Of a DNA stretch of 64,000 nt, positions 39,789-52,073 are shown piece by piece. Location: assembly GCA_038040385.1 (NCBI GenBank), contig JBBPII010000008.1, positions 109,091-173,090 on the forward strand, in the 5' to 3' direction. The first letter of the stretch is position 1. The number at the start of each line of letters is the position of its first letter. Source of the stretch: Candidatus Gilichinskyi gelida. Lineage in GTDB: Bacteria > Acidobacteriota > Thermoanaerobaculia > Gp7-AA8. Position numbers and translations under genes: made by a program. The notes under the pieces were generated by a model. It saw only the letters and a list, made by a program, of their open reading frames with translations. It ran no database searches and had not been told where the DNA came from.

Positions 39789-41657
39789 TCACGCCGGCGG
39801 CGGGACCCTCATCCTTGTCCCGCTGAACGTCACGCTGCGCCCCGACTTCCGGCGCGCCGCCTTGCGCTGCGAGAGGAAGTCCTCCTTCGCCTCGGCCAGC
39901 GTCGACGGCACGTAGGTCGCGCCGGCGGCGAGCGTCTTCTGCCGGTCTCGAGCGAAGGCCGAGCCGCCGGCCACGATCATCAGGTCGGGGAACGACGCGG
40001 AGATCAACTGGATGAGCCCGTAGCCGGCCTCGAGGTGATCGGGGTTCGTGCAGGAGATGAACACCGCCTCGGGGTGCACCTCATTGATGAACGCGAGGAG
40101 CTCGTCGTCGGGAAGGTCGGTGAAGTAATCGATCGCATAGCCGTCGGCGCGCAGCAGTTGAGTGAGCATCAGCGTGCCGAGGGAGAGCCGCTCGCCGGCG
40201 ACGGAGAAGGCGACGATGTGGCGGTCGGGGTCGGGCGTGCCGGCGTTGCGGTCGCCGAAACGGATGATCAGCTCGCGAATCACGTCCTTGATGAAGTGAT
40301 CGTTCGCCGGCGTTATCCGCCGCCGCTCCAGCTCCTCCTGCGCGAAAGTCAGCGTGGGGATGAAGAGGTCGGTGAACATCTCTTCGAGCGTGTCGGTCTC
40401 CGCGTGGCGGTCGGCGATGGCGATGGCGCCGGTGCGGTCGCGCGACAGAAGGCGGTTGTAGAAACTGAGGTATCCCTCGAGCGGATCCTCAGCGCCGAAG
40501 ATGATGGAGAAGATCCGCAGCGCCGGGATGAACTCGCCGCTGACGGTGAGGCAGACCGAGATCGGAGTGGCCAGCAGCAGGCCGACCGGGCCCCACAGGA
40601 AACCCCAGAAGATCGCCGACACTAGCAGCGCCACCGGCGAGACGCCGACGCGGTGCCCGACCACGATCGGCTCGATGAACCCGCCGATGAGCTGGTCGAT
40701 GAGCACGAAGAGTCCCAGGACAGCCAGCGCCGAGTACCAGTTCGGAAAGACGGCGAGGGAGAGGAAGGTCGGCAGCGCCGCGCTCAGCACCGCGCCGACG
40801 TACGGCACGAAACGGAGCAGGCCGGCGATGACGCCCCACAACGGCGCGTGCGGCACGCGCAGCAGAAAGAGTCCGAGCCAGATCAGGATGCCGAAGCAGA
40901 CATTGAGCAGGGCGATGGTCAGCAGATAGCGGCTGATGCGCTGCGACGTCTCGCCGATGGCCTGCGTGGTGACGGTGAGATGCGCGCGCCCGGCGAGCCG
41001 CAGCATCTTGTCGCGGATCTGCTCGCGCTCCTTCAACAGGAAGAAGACCAGCACCACCACGAGGAAGAGAGCGGCGATGAACTCGGCGGTCGGCGCGAGC
41101 GTCTTGTACCGCTGAGCGAAGGTGCGCTGATCGTTGACCACGCGCACTTTGAGGTCCGCACGCTCCGAGCGGTCGGCGGTCTGCTCGGTGACGCGTTGCA
41201 GCGTCCGTTCGACCACGGCGAAGGTGCCACTGGTCGAGGTCCGCTTCAGGAACCGCAGCTTCTGCTCGATCTTCCCGCTGGCGACGGCCTCCGCCACCTC
41301 GCGGGCCACGAGATTGAGCTGCTGGTAGATCCACCACCCGCCGAGCGAAAGCGCGGCGACGGCCAGCCCGAGCGACAGGCTGATCGCGCCGACGCGGCGC
41401 AGGAACGTCCGCTCCAGCACCGAGACGATCGGCGTCAGCAGGAAGGCGAAGAGGACGGCCAGCGCGATCGGCACCACCACCGGCTTCGCCAGATAGAGCA
41501 CGGCGATGACCCCGATGCTGATGAAGAGGATCCGGGCGTTCGACTGCCGCCGGTCCTGCCCCCGCTTGTCCATGAAGGCCGCCGGAAGCTCGGGCATACG
41601 CCTCATGGAGAGGGTGCGGTCGAGATCGTCGGTATCGTCTTCGTCGAAGGGACGCAC
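39789..41657 (-). CDS. AI-2E (PerM/UPF0118) family transporter with a C-terminal B12-binding-like domain
   Basis: About 8 TM helices with AI-2E family motifs, then a ~120-aa Rossmann-like HIVAFSVAGERLSLGTLMLTQLLRADGYAIDY...VAGGSAF tail. Confidence 0.6.
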   Translation of the reverse strand: MRPFDEDDTDDLDRTLSMRRMPELPAAFMDKRGQDRRQSNARILFISIGVIAVLYLAKPVVVPIALAVLFAFLLTPIVSVLERTFLRRVGAISLSLGLAVAALSLGGWWIYQQLNLVAREVAEAVASGKIEQKLRFLKRTSTSGTFAVVERTLQRVTEQTADRSERADLKVRVVNDQRTFAQRYKTLAPTAEFIAALFLVVVLVFFLLKEREQIRDKMLRLAGRAHLTVTTQAIGETSQRISRYLLTIALLNVCFGILIWLGLFLLRVPHAPLWGVIAGLLRFVPYVGAVLSAALPTFLSLAVFPNWYSALAVLGLFVLIDQLIGGFIEPIVVGHRVGVSPVALLVSAIFWGFLWGPVGLLLATPISVCLTVSGEFIPALRIFSIIFGAEDPLEGYLSFYNRLLSRDRTGAIAIADRHAETDTLEEMFTDLFIPTLTFAQEELERRRITPANDHFIKDVIRELIIRFGDRNAGTPDPDRHIVAFSVAGERLSLGTLMLTQLLRADGYAIDYFTDLPDDELLAFINEVHPEAVFISCTNPDHLEAGYGLIQLISASFPDLMIVAGGSAFARDRQKTLAAGATYVPSTLAEAKEDFLSQRKAARRKSGRSVTFSGTRMRVPPPA

Positions 41658-41692
41658 TGAAATCAGTCTACTGCAAGGCTAACGCCCCTAGC

Positions 41693-41766
41693 GGGTTGCG
41701 CGGTCTCGCGGTCTCGCGGTCCCATCCACCGCCGAGACCTCGCGACCCCGAGACCTCGCAACCTCG
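41693..41766. repeat. Tandem-octamer palindrome, GCGGTCTC family, copy 2
   Basis: GGTTGCGCGGTCTCGCGGTCTCGCGGTCCC...GCCGAGACCTCGCGACCCCGAGACCTCGCAACC, in the 5' leader of the CRTAC1-like gene. Confidence 0.75.
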
Positions 41767-41803
41767 GTGCTAAACTTCCGCTACCGGTTCAAAGGAACTC
41801 CCT

Positions 41804-44800
41804 ATGTCCATCAAGCGCGTCGTCCTCGCCCTGTCCCTTCTCTCTTCGTCCGTTTTTGCCCAGCAGACCATCATCGACGAGATCGGCAAGCTGGAGTCCG
41901 TCCGCGACCCGAAGTGCTACGCCACCGCGTCGCGGCTGGAGGACTTCATCTACGGCACGCCGCTGGAGACGCAAGCGCGGTTCGAGAAGATCGCGCTGCA
42001 GAAACGCTTGATCCGCGCGTTGTGGGAGAAGGCCTCGGCCGCGGGCACGGCGCAGGTCACTGTCGACGCGCTGCGGCCGGCGATCCAGCAGCTCATTCCG
42101 TACAAACAACTTGCGAACGGCGACTGGGACGTCGCCGGCACCACGATCACCGCGCGCGACAAGCGGCAGTACGGCAGCGTGGCTTACGCCCTGCGCGCCC
42201 TGCTCGCCGTCCAGCAGGACCTGCTGCTCGATCCCGGCGCGAGGCTCCTCCCGCTCGACACCGCGTCGGTCGAGCTGATGAAAGAGGCGATCGACCTCAC
42301 CACCCTCGCCGCCCTGCAACAGGCGGACGGCGCCGCGCGAAGGCTGAATCAGGAAAAGATCACGCCGGAGCTGCTGACTCGGGCATGGACGAGCTTCGTG
42401 CCCGAAAGTGTAGCGGCGCCCGCTTCGGGCGCCGACGACCGGCGGCCGAGAGCGGCCGCCGCTACACTCGAAAAGTTCGCCACCATCAAGGCCGTGGTCG
42501 CCGAGAAGCTCGAGGCATTCAGCAAGTACAACGACATCGCCGCGCCCGTTTTCCTCCGCAACGTGCAGGTGTACTTTGCGCGCCACCTCTGGCCGACCGA
42601 TCCGGCCGAGGGGAAGGCGTTCAAGGACGAGTTCACCGAGACCATGGTGGCCTGGACGCGCGACGTCACCCTCCTGGCCGAGAAGAACGCGAAGAAGAAC
42701 GGCCACCCGCTCATCCGCGTCACCGACGTCGAGCCGGCGCTGCAGGCCTTCCAGCCGCACGAGATGAACCGCTACGAGGACATCATCTACTTCCCGCGCC
42801 TCCCGCGCGCCGAGCGGGTCACCATCGAGGCCTACGACATCGACGCCTTCCGCGATCCCGGCGTTCACTGGATGTACCTGAGCGAAGTGCTCAACGATCC
42901 GATGTACCCCGGTACGCTGGAGCCAGATCCGTTCGCCGCTGAGCTGCTCACCGAGGGCGCCGCGCAGGAGGGAGTGCTCATCCTCCGCCTCGCCGGGCGC
43001 TTCGCGGAAGCGGAGGACTCCGACCGGCTGAATCGCGGACATCTGGCGAAATCGCTGAAGAACATTCAGACCCTGCTCGACAGGCACGCCTCCATGCCCG
43101 CGGCGAAAAAGGCGCCGGAGACGGTTGTCTCCGCGAAGCCGTCCGCGGTGCCGTCGACGGGAACCTACTTCACCGACGTCACCGGCGCCGCGGGCATCCG
43201 CTTCGAGCACCGCATCTCCGACTGGCTGGCGCGCTTCATCCGCGGCTACACGGTGGTCGAGGGCGGCAACGTGCGCCTTGCCGTTCCTCCCACGTTCGGC
43301 GGCTCGGGCGTGGCGGCCGAGGACATCGACAATGACGGCGACGACGACGTGCTGATCCTCGGCGGCGCGGGCAACGCGCTCTATCTGAATGACGGGAAGG
43401 GCAACTTCAAGGACGTCACCGAATCGGCCGGACTGGGATGGCGGCGCGCCGACGGCAACGCCGGCGAGCCGCGGCAGCCGATCGTCGCCGACTTCGACAA
43501 CGACGGCCTCGAGGACATCCTCATCACCTACGTCGACGACGACCACCGCCTCTACAAGAACCTCGGCAGCGCGCGGTTCGAGGACGTCACCGCGAAGGCG
43601 GGACTCGGCGGGAAGGGCTCGGTCGCCGGGCCGGCCACCACGATCGACTTCGATGGCGACGGCTTGCTCGATCTCTACATCGGCTACTTCGGCGACTACC
43701 TGCACGGCGTGCTGCCGACGCTCTCGCGCTACAACGCGAACGCCCTGCCGGACAAGCTGTTCCGCAACAGGGGCAACCTCCAGTTCCAGGACGTCAGCGC
43801 CGGCAGCGGTGTGGAGAACACCGGCTGGGCGCAGGCCGTCGGCCACGCGGACATTGACGGCGACGGGCGCGAGGACCTCATCTGCGGCAACGACTTCGGC
43901 GTCAACGCCTATTACCGCAACCTCGGCAACGGCAAGTTCGAGAACGTCGCGCAGAAGCTGGGGCTCGACAAGCCGAGCTACACCATGAGCGTCGGCATCA
44001 CCGACTTGAATCGAGACACGTATCCCGACATCTACATCGCCAACATCGTGACCATGGACAAGGACGAGAAGTACGTCCTCCCAGACACCAAGACCCGCAT
44101 GAAGTTCAATCCCGCCAAGATGGCCAACATGCGCGTGGTGGAGGCCAACGATCTCTTCACCTCGGTGGCCCAGAAGGCGAAGCTGCAGTCGTACGAGCAG
44201 TCCAACGCCGTGGGACGCGGCTACAAGTCGACCGGCTGGTCGTGGGACGCCGACTTCTTCGACTACGACAACGACGGCGACGACGATCTCTACTGCGTCA
44301 ACGGCATGAACGAGTACGCGGTTTACTCCAGCGTCAACCCGTACCTGACCGATCCGAGCGGCAAACCGAGCAGCGCGATCCTGCCGGTGGCGGAGAAGGA
44401 GCAGAACGTCTTCTTCGTCAATCAGCGCGGGAAACTGAACGAGGAGTCGAAGGCCAGCGGCGCCGACCTCCTCGGCAACTCCCGCAGCGTGGCGTACTTT
44501 GATGCCGACGCCGACGGCGATCTCGACATGATCGTCAACGCCTTCAACGGCCCGGCGACGCTCTATCGCAACAACAGCCAGTCGAACGGCAACCACTGGA
44601 TCAAGATCCGCCTGACCGGCGATCCAAAGAAGGGCGTCTCGCGCGATGCCATCGGCGCGAAGATCCTCGTCGACAGCGCGCACAACAAAGGCCTCTGGCG
44701 CGAAGTCTTCAGCACCATCGGCTACCTCTCCGTCCATCCGAAGGAGCAGCACCTCGGGCTCGGCAGCGACAAGACGGTGAACGTGACCGTGGTGTGGCCG

Positions 44801-44884
44801 AACGGCGAGCGGGAGAGGTTCAACGGGCTGTCGACGGACCGCGTCCATCGCATCGTGCAGGGCGGCGGCCGCCCGTCATCCTGA
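41804..44884 (+). CDS. Secreted FG-GAP/VCBS-repeat protein with an ASPIC/UnbV C-terminal domain and an uncharacterised ~430-aa N-terminal domain
   Basis: Signal peptide MSIKRVVLALSLLSSSVFAQQ. Repeated DxDxDGxxD FG-GAP-like motifs (DIDNDGDDD, DFDNDGLED, DFDGDGLLD, DIDGDGRED...). C-terminal NGNHWIKIRLTG...GAKILV UnbV-like region. The final GRPSS* comes from REP copy C. Confidence 0.7.
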   Translation: MSIKRVVLALSLLSSSVFAQQTIIDEIGKLESVRDPKCYATASRLEDFIYGTPLETQARFEKIALQKRLIRALWEKASAAGTAQVTVDALRPAIQQLIPYKQLANGDWDVAGTTITARDKRQYGSVAYALRALLAVQQDLLLDPGARLLPLDTASVELMKEAIDLTTLAALQQADGAARRLNQEKITPELLTRAWTSFVPESVAAPASGADDRRPRAAAATLEKFATIKAVVAEKLEAFSKYNDIAAPVFLRNVQVYFARHLWPTDPAEGKAFKDEFTETMVAWTRDVTLLAEKNAKKNGHPLIRVTDVEPALQAFQPHEMNRYEDIIYFPRLPRAERVTIEAYDIDAFRDPGVHWMYLSEVLNDPMYPGTLEPDPFAAELLTEGAAQEGVLILRLAGRFAEAEDSDRLNRGHLAKSLKNIQTLLDRHASMPAAKKAPETVVSAKPSAVPSTGTYFTDVTGAAGIRFEHRISDWLARFIRGYTVVEGGNVRLAVPPTFGGSGVAAEDIDNDGDDDVLILGGAGNALYLNDGKGNFKDVTESAGLGWRRADGNAGEPRQPIVADFDNDGLEDILITYVDDDHRLYKNLGSARFEDVTAKAGLGGKGSVAGPATTIDFDGDGLLDLYIGYFGDYLHGVLPTLSRYNANALPDKLFRNRGNLQFQDVSAGSGVENTGWAQAVGHADIDGDGREDLICGNDFGVNAYYRNLGNGKFENVAQKLGLDKPSYTMSVGITDLNRDTYPDIYIANIVTMDKDEKYVLPDTKTRMKFNPAKMANMRVVEANDLFTSVAQKAKLQSYEQSNAVGRGYKSTGWSWDADFFDYDNDGDDDLYCVNGMNEYAVYSSVNPYLTDPSGKPSSAILPVAEKEQNVFFVNQRGKLNEESKASGADLLGNSRSVAYFDADADGDLDMIVNAFNGPATLYRNNSQSNGNHWIKIRLTGDPKKGVSRDAIGAKILVDSAHNKGLWREVFSTIGYLSVHPKEQHLGLGSDKTVNVTVVWPNGERERFNGLSTDRVHRIVQGGGRPSS

Positions 44885-44949
44885 GCCGCGCAGACGGCGA
44901 AGGATCTCGAAATGCGCATCCTGAGATTCCTCGCTGCGCTCGGAATGAC
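44875..44949. repeat. REP/MITE-like palindromic element, copy C
   Basis: Left arm identical to copy A; right arm diverged to GAGATTCCTCGCTGCGCTCGGAATGAC. Contains the stop of the upstream gene and the ATG plus first ~13 codons of the downstream gene. Confidence 0.8.
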
Positions 44950-46642
44950 GGCGGCACTCGCCGTTCCCGCGCACGCCAACCGGTTGGCCAAAGCCACCAG
45001 CCCCTACCTCCGCCAACACGCGAACAACCCCGTCGACTGGTACCCGTGGGGCGACGCGGCGCTGGCGAAGGCGAAAAAAGAGAACAAGCCGATCTTCCTC
45101 TCCATCGGCTATTCGAGCTGCCACTGGTGCCACGTGATGGAGGCCGAGTCGTTCTCGCAGCCGGACGTCGCCGCGGTGCTCAATCGCGCGTACGTCTCCA
45201 TCAAGGTCGACCGCGAAGAGCGGCCGGACATCGACGCCGCCTACACCGCCGCGGCGCTGAAGCTGCTCGACGAGGCCGGCTGGCCGCTGAATCTCATGCT
45301 CACGCCGGACGGCAAGCCGTTCTTCGCCGCGACGTACCTCTCGAAGGAGCGGCTGATCGACGTCGCCGGCAAGCTGGCGACGGCGTGGCGCGAGCAGCCG
45401 GACCACGTCGCCGCGTCGGCGCGCATGATCGTCACGCAGCTTCGGCCGGCCGCATCCGAGGACGCCGAGGCGCTCGGGCGGCAGGATTTGGACGCCGCCT
45501 ATCGCGAGCTGGCGGCGGAGTTCGACCCGAAGAACGGCGGCTTCGGCGGCGCGCCGAAGTTTCCGTCGCCGCAGAACCTCTTCTTCCTCCTCCGCTACTG
45601 GAAGCGCACCGGCGAACCGCGGGCGCTGGCGATGGTGGAGGCCACGCTACACGCCATGCGCAACAGCGCGCTGTTCGACGCCAAGGCGTTCGGCTTCCAC
45701 CGCTACGCCACCGACGCCGCGTGGCAGAAGCCGCATTTCGAGAAGATGCTGTACGACCAGGCGCTGCTCGCGCTGGCGTACGCCGAGGCGTACCAGGCGA
45801 CGCGGAAGGAGGAGTACGCGGACACCGCGCGCAAGGTGTTCGAGTACGTGCTGCGCGACCTCCGCGCGCCGAACGGCGCGTTCTGGTCGGCAAAGGACGC
45901 CGACAGCGCGAATCGCGACGACAAGATCCTCACTGACTGGAACGGCCTGATGATCGCCGCGCTGGCCGCGGGGGCGACGGCGCTCGACGAGCCGGCGTAC
46001 GCCGCGGCGGCAGCGCGCGCGGCGAAGGCGATCTCGAGCGTCCGCCCCTACCTCGATGACTACGCGTTCTTTATCTGGGGCCTTCTCAACCTGTACGAGG
46101 CGTCGGCCGAGGCGCGGTGGCTGGAGCAGGCCATCCGCCTGCAGGACGAATCGCTCAAGTCGTTCGCCGGCGGCTACATGACGGCATCGGACGATCTCTT
46201 CGTCCGCCTGCGCATCGTCCGCGACTCGGCGACGCCCGCCGGCAACGCCGTGCAGCTCGCGAACCTCCTCCGCCTCTCCCGCATGACCGCCCGCGACAAC
46301 TACGCCGCCGCCGCGAAATCGCTCATGCGCTCCGCCGCCGCCGAGGTGCGCGCCATCCCCTCCGCCGCGCCGCATTTTCTGAGCGCCGTCGACTTCGCCG
46401 TCGGCCCGTCGTTCGAGATCGTGCTCGCGGGGAAGGACGTCGCGCCGCTCAAGCGCGCGGTGTTCAGCTCTTTCGTCCCGAACAAGGTGGTGCTCTACCG
46501 TTCGGACCAAATAGTACGAATCGCACCATTCACCAAAATGCAGACCGCCCGCGGTGGGAAGGCGACGGCGTACGTCTGCCGCGATTACGTGTGCAATCTG
46601 CCGACGGGGGATGCGGGGGTGGTTGCCGAGCTGCTGAAGTAG
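44912..46642 (+). CDS. Secreted thioredoxin-domain protein of the YyaL/DUF255 family
   Basis: [13 protein letters not shown]...[16 protein letters not shown] thioredoxin-like N-terminal domain, then an (alpha/alpha)6-like domain. The N-terminal [22 protein letters not shown] signal peptide is encoded within REP copy C. Confidence 0.8.
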   Translation: MRILRFLAALGMTAALAVPAHANRLAKATSPYLRQHANNPVDWYPWGDAALAKAKKENKPIFLSIGYSSCHWCHVMEAESFSQPDVAAVLNRAYVSIKVDREERPDIDAAYTAAALKLLDEAGWPLNLMLTPDGKPFFAATYLSKERLIDVAGKLATAWREQPDHVAASARMIVTQLRPAASEDAEALGRQDLDAAYRELAAEFDPKNGGFGGAPKFPSPQNLFFLLRYWKRTGEPRALAMVEATLHAMRNSALFDAKAFGFHRYATDAAWQKPHFEKMLYDQALLALAYAEAYQATRKEEYADTARKVFEYVLRDLRAPNGAFWSAKDADSANRDDKILTDWNGLMIAALAAGATALDEPAYAAAAARAAKAISSVRPYLDDYAFFIWGLLNLYEASAEARWLEQAIRLQDESLKSFAGGYMTASDDLFVRLRIVRDSATPAGNAVQLANLLRLSRMTARDNYAAAAKSLMRSAAAEVRAIPSAAPHFLSAVDFAVGPSFEIVLAGKDVAPLKRAVFSSFVPNKVVLYRSDQIVRIAPFTKMQTARGGKATAYVCRDYVCNLPTGDAGVVAELLK

Positions 46643-46703
46643 GTCACGCGGAGACGCGGAGGGCGCGGAGAGGCTTCCTCCGCATCTCCGCGCCTCCGCG
46701 TGA

Positions 46704-46704
<1 letters not shown>
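46643..46704. terminator. Bidirectional stem-loop between convergent genes
   Basis: GTCACGCGGAGACGCGGAGGGCGCGGAGAGG...CCTCCGCATCTCCGCGCCTCCGCGTGAC is an imperfect ~28-bp stem between the YyaL-like gene and gcvPB. Confidence 0.55.
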
Positions 46705-48157
<1,453 letters not shown>

Positions 48158-48161
<4 letters not shown>

Positions 48162-49552
48162 CGCCGCTCCCTGGCGATCGAAGCATTGAGGGCGTCGACG
48201 AACTGGTCGAGGTGCTCGCGGGTGTGCAGCTCGGTGACGGCGACCAGAAAGTCGTTCGGATGCGCGGGGAAGAACTGCCCCAGCGGAATCCCGCCGAGGA
48301 TTTTCTCGTGCTCGAGGTCGAGGAGGATCTCCGTCGCCGCCACCGGCGTACGGACCACGAACTCGTTGTACACCGGCCCGCTGAACGGCAGCGCCACCGA
48401 CGCGCTCGCGCCGAGGCGCTTGCGCAAATACGCCGCCTTCTGCAGGCACTGCATGCCGACCTCGCGCAGCCCTTCCTTCCCCATCAGCGACAGGTAGATG
48501 TTCGCGGCGAGGGCGATGAGCGCCTCGTTGGTGCAGATGTTCGAGGTGGCCTTGCCGCGGCGGATGTGCTGCTCGCGCGTGGCGAGGGTGAGCACGTAGG
48601 CCCGACGGCCGTCGACGTCGACGGTCTCGCCGACCAGCCGTCCCGGCATGTGCCGCTTGAGCGCGTCGCGCACGACCATGAAGCCGACGTACGGCCCGCC
48701 GAACTGCGGCGGCACGCCCCACGCCTGTCCTTCGCCGACGCAGACGTCGAATCCGTGCGCGCCCGGCGGAGTGAGGATCCCCAGCGACGTCGCCTCGGCC
48801 ACCACCGCGATCTTCACCGCGCCGGCGGCGTCGGCGATCGCGGCGACGTCGTCGTAGTCCTCGATCACGCCGAGGAAGTTCGGCGACTGCACGGCGACGG
48901 CGAAGACGTCGGCGGTGCACGCCTCGCGCAGCGCGGCGGTGTCCACGCGGCCGTCCGCGGTCCAGCCCACTTCCACCACGTCGTAGCCGAGGTTCTGGAT
49001 GTACGTGCGGACCGTGTCGATGTAGTGCGGGTGCACCGATTTGGCGATGACCACCTTGTGGCGGTTCTTGGCCACGCGCTCCGCGAGCAGCACCGCCTCA
49101 CAAAGAGCAGTGGAGCCGTCGTAGAGCGAGGCGTTGGCCACGTCGAGCCCCGTGAGCATGCACTGGTGTGTCTGGTACTCGAAGATCGACTGCAGCGTCC
49201 CCTGCGACACTTCCGGCTGGTACGGCGTGTACGAGGTCAGGAACTCCGCGCGCAGCAGCAGTTGATCGACGCAGGCCGGCTGGGAGTGCGCGTAGGCGCC
49301 GCCGCCGAGGAACGAGACGTGATCGACCGCGGTCTTGTTGCGCGCCGCGAGCGCGCGGAACCAGCGCCGCGACTCGATCTCCGACCAGGGGCCGGGGAGG
49401 TCGAGCAACCGATCGAGCTTCACATCCGCAGGGATGGTGTCGAACAGACGGTCTACCGACTCTACGCCCACCGCGGCGAGCATCTCTTTGACGTCGTCGG
49501 TGGCATTGGGGATGTAGCGGTGTTGGTCAGTGAGGGGATCAGGGAGTGTCAT
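48158..49552 (-). CDS. gcvPA: Glycine dehydrogenase (decarboxylating) subunit 1
   Basis: 464 aa with N-terminal P-protein half motifs. Overlaps gcvPB by 4 nt. Confidence 0.92.
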
Positions 49553-49938
49553 TAATGTGACTCGGTCTCGCAGTACTCCTCGTACTCCTCGGCGTTCATC
49601 AGGTCATCGAGCTCCGATGGATCGGAAAGGCGCACGCGGATCATCCAGCCGTCGCCGTACGGATCGGTGTTGATCAACTCCGGCTTCTCGGCGAGCGTTT
49701 CGTTGATCTCCACCACCTCGCCGGAGACCGGGGCGAAGAGCTCAGAGACGGCTTTCACCGACTCGATGCTTCCCAGCTCGTCGGCCGCTTCGAGCTGCGT
49801 GCCGACCTGCGGCAGCTCGACGAACACCACGTCGCCGAGCTCCTTCTGGGCGTAATCGGTGATCCCGATGGTCCCGATCCCGGCCTCCACGTGCACATAC
49901 TCGTGGCTCTTCGCGTATTTGTTGTCCTCGGGAGTCAT
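49552..49938 (-). CDS. gcvH: Glycine cleavage system H protein (lipoyl carrier)
   Basis: 128 aa with the lipoyl-lysine motif ESVKAVSELFAPVSGEV. Confidence 0.93.
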   Translation of the reverse strand: MTPEDNKYAKSHEYVHVEAGIGTIGITDYAQKELGDVVFVELPQVGTQLEAADELGSIESVKAVSELFAPVSGEVVEINETLAEKPELINTDPYGDGWMIRVRLSDPSELDDLMNAEEYEEYCETESH

Positions 49939-49947
49939 GGTCGCTCC

Positions 49948-51042
<1,095 letters not shown>

Positions 51043-51071
51043 GGCATCCTCTCGGGGAGGCGTACGTTAGC

Positions 51072-51965
51072 ATGACGGGCGAGATCGGCGATTTCCTCAA
51101 CTACCTGACGTACGAGCGCAACGTTTCGACCAATACCGTCGTGGCGTACCGCGACGATCTGGAGTCCTTCGTCGCCTTCCTCTGCGACGATTACCTGACC
51201 ATGGCGCGCGACCAGCTCGACCTGCGCCGCGTCGATCACCTGGCGGTTCGCGCGTATCTCGCACACCTTGCGCGGCGGTCGTTGCGCCGCTCGTCGATCG
51301 CGCGGCACCTGTCGGCGCTGCGCTCGTTCTTCAAGTACCTGATGCGCGAGGGCGCCGCCGATGCGAACCCCGCGCGCGGCGTGGCCACGCCAAAAGGGGA
51401 AAAGCACCTGCCGTCGGTGCTGCAGCCCTCCGACGTCGCGCTCCTGCTCGAGCAGCCCGACACCACTACCCCGCTCGGCGTCCGCGATCGCGCCTGGCTC
51501 GAGCTGCTGTACGCGTCGGGTCTGCGCATCGGGGAGCTGGTGGGCATCGACGTCGACGAGGTCGAGCTGCGCGCGCGCCTGGTGAAAGTGCGCGGCAAGG
51601 GATCGAAGGAGCGCATCGTGCCGTTCGGGTCGAAGGCCGAGGAGGCGGTGCGGGCGTGGATGTCGGTGCGCCAGGTGCAGCCGGACCAGCACGCGCTCTT
51701 CACCAACTATCGCGGCGAACGGATCACCGCGCGCAGCGTGCGCCGGCTCTTCGAGCGCTACGTGCGCGCCGCAGCGCTGCGCGCAGGCGTGTCGCCGCAT
51801 ACCCTGCGGCATTCGTTCGCCACGCACCTGCTCAACGCCGGCGCCGACCTCCGCGGCATCCAGGAGCTCCTCGGCCACGCGTCGCTCTCCACGACGCAAA
51901 AGTACACGCACCTCAACGACTGGCAGTTGATCGCCGTGTACCGGAAGGCGCACCCCAGGGCATAA
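51072..51965 (+). CDS. xerD: Tyrosine recombinase XerC/XerD family
   Basis: Catalytic R..H-R-H..Y residues (ASGLRIGEL, HTLRHSFATHLL, LGHASLSTTQKYTHL). 297 aa. Divergent from gcvT with 29 nt between start codons. Confidence 0.88.
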   Translation: MTGEIGDFLNYLTYERNVSTNTVVAYRDDLESFVAFLCDDYLTMARDQLDLRRVDHLAVRAYLAHLARRSLRRSSIARHLSALRSFFKYLMREGAADANPARGVATPKGEKHLPSVLQPSDVALLLEQPDTTTPLGVRDRAWLELLYASGLRIGELVGIDVDEVELRARLVKVRGKGSKERIVPFGSKAEEAVRAWMSVRQVQPDQHALFTNYRGERITARSVRRLFERYVRAAALRAGVSPHTLRHSFATHLLNAGADLRGIQELLGHASLSTTQKYTHLNDWQLIAVYRKAHPRA

Positions 51966-51970
51966 ATTTA

Positions 51971-52059
51971 TCCTGACCCTGAGCGAAGCGAAGGGGAAGG
52001 ATCTGGCGCCCATGTGCGCTGCGCAAGTGGGCGCCAGATCCCTCGCTGCGCTCGGGATA
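51971..52059. repeat. REP/MITE-like palindromic element, divergent copy F
   Basis: CCTGACCCTGAGCGAAGCGAAGGGGAAGGATCTGGCGCCCA...TGGGCGCCAGATCCCTCGCTGCGCTCGGGATAA. The right arm matches the family's GAGATCCTTCGCTGCGCTCGGAATGAC. Confidence 0.7.
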
Positions 52060-52073
52060 AACTAAAAAAACCC

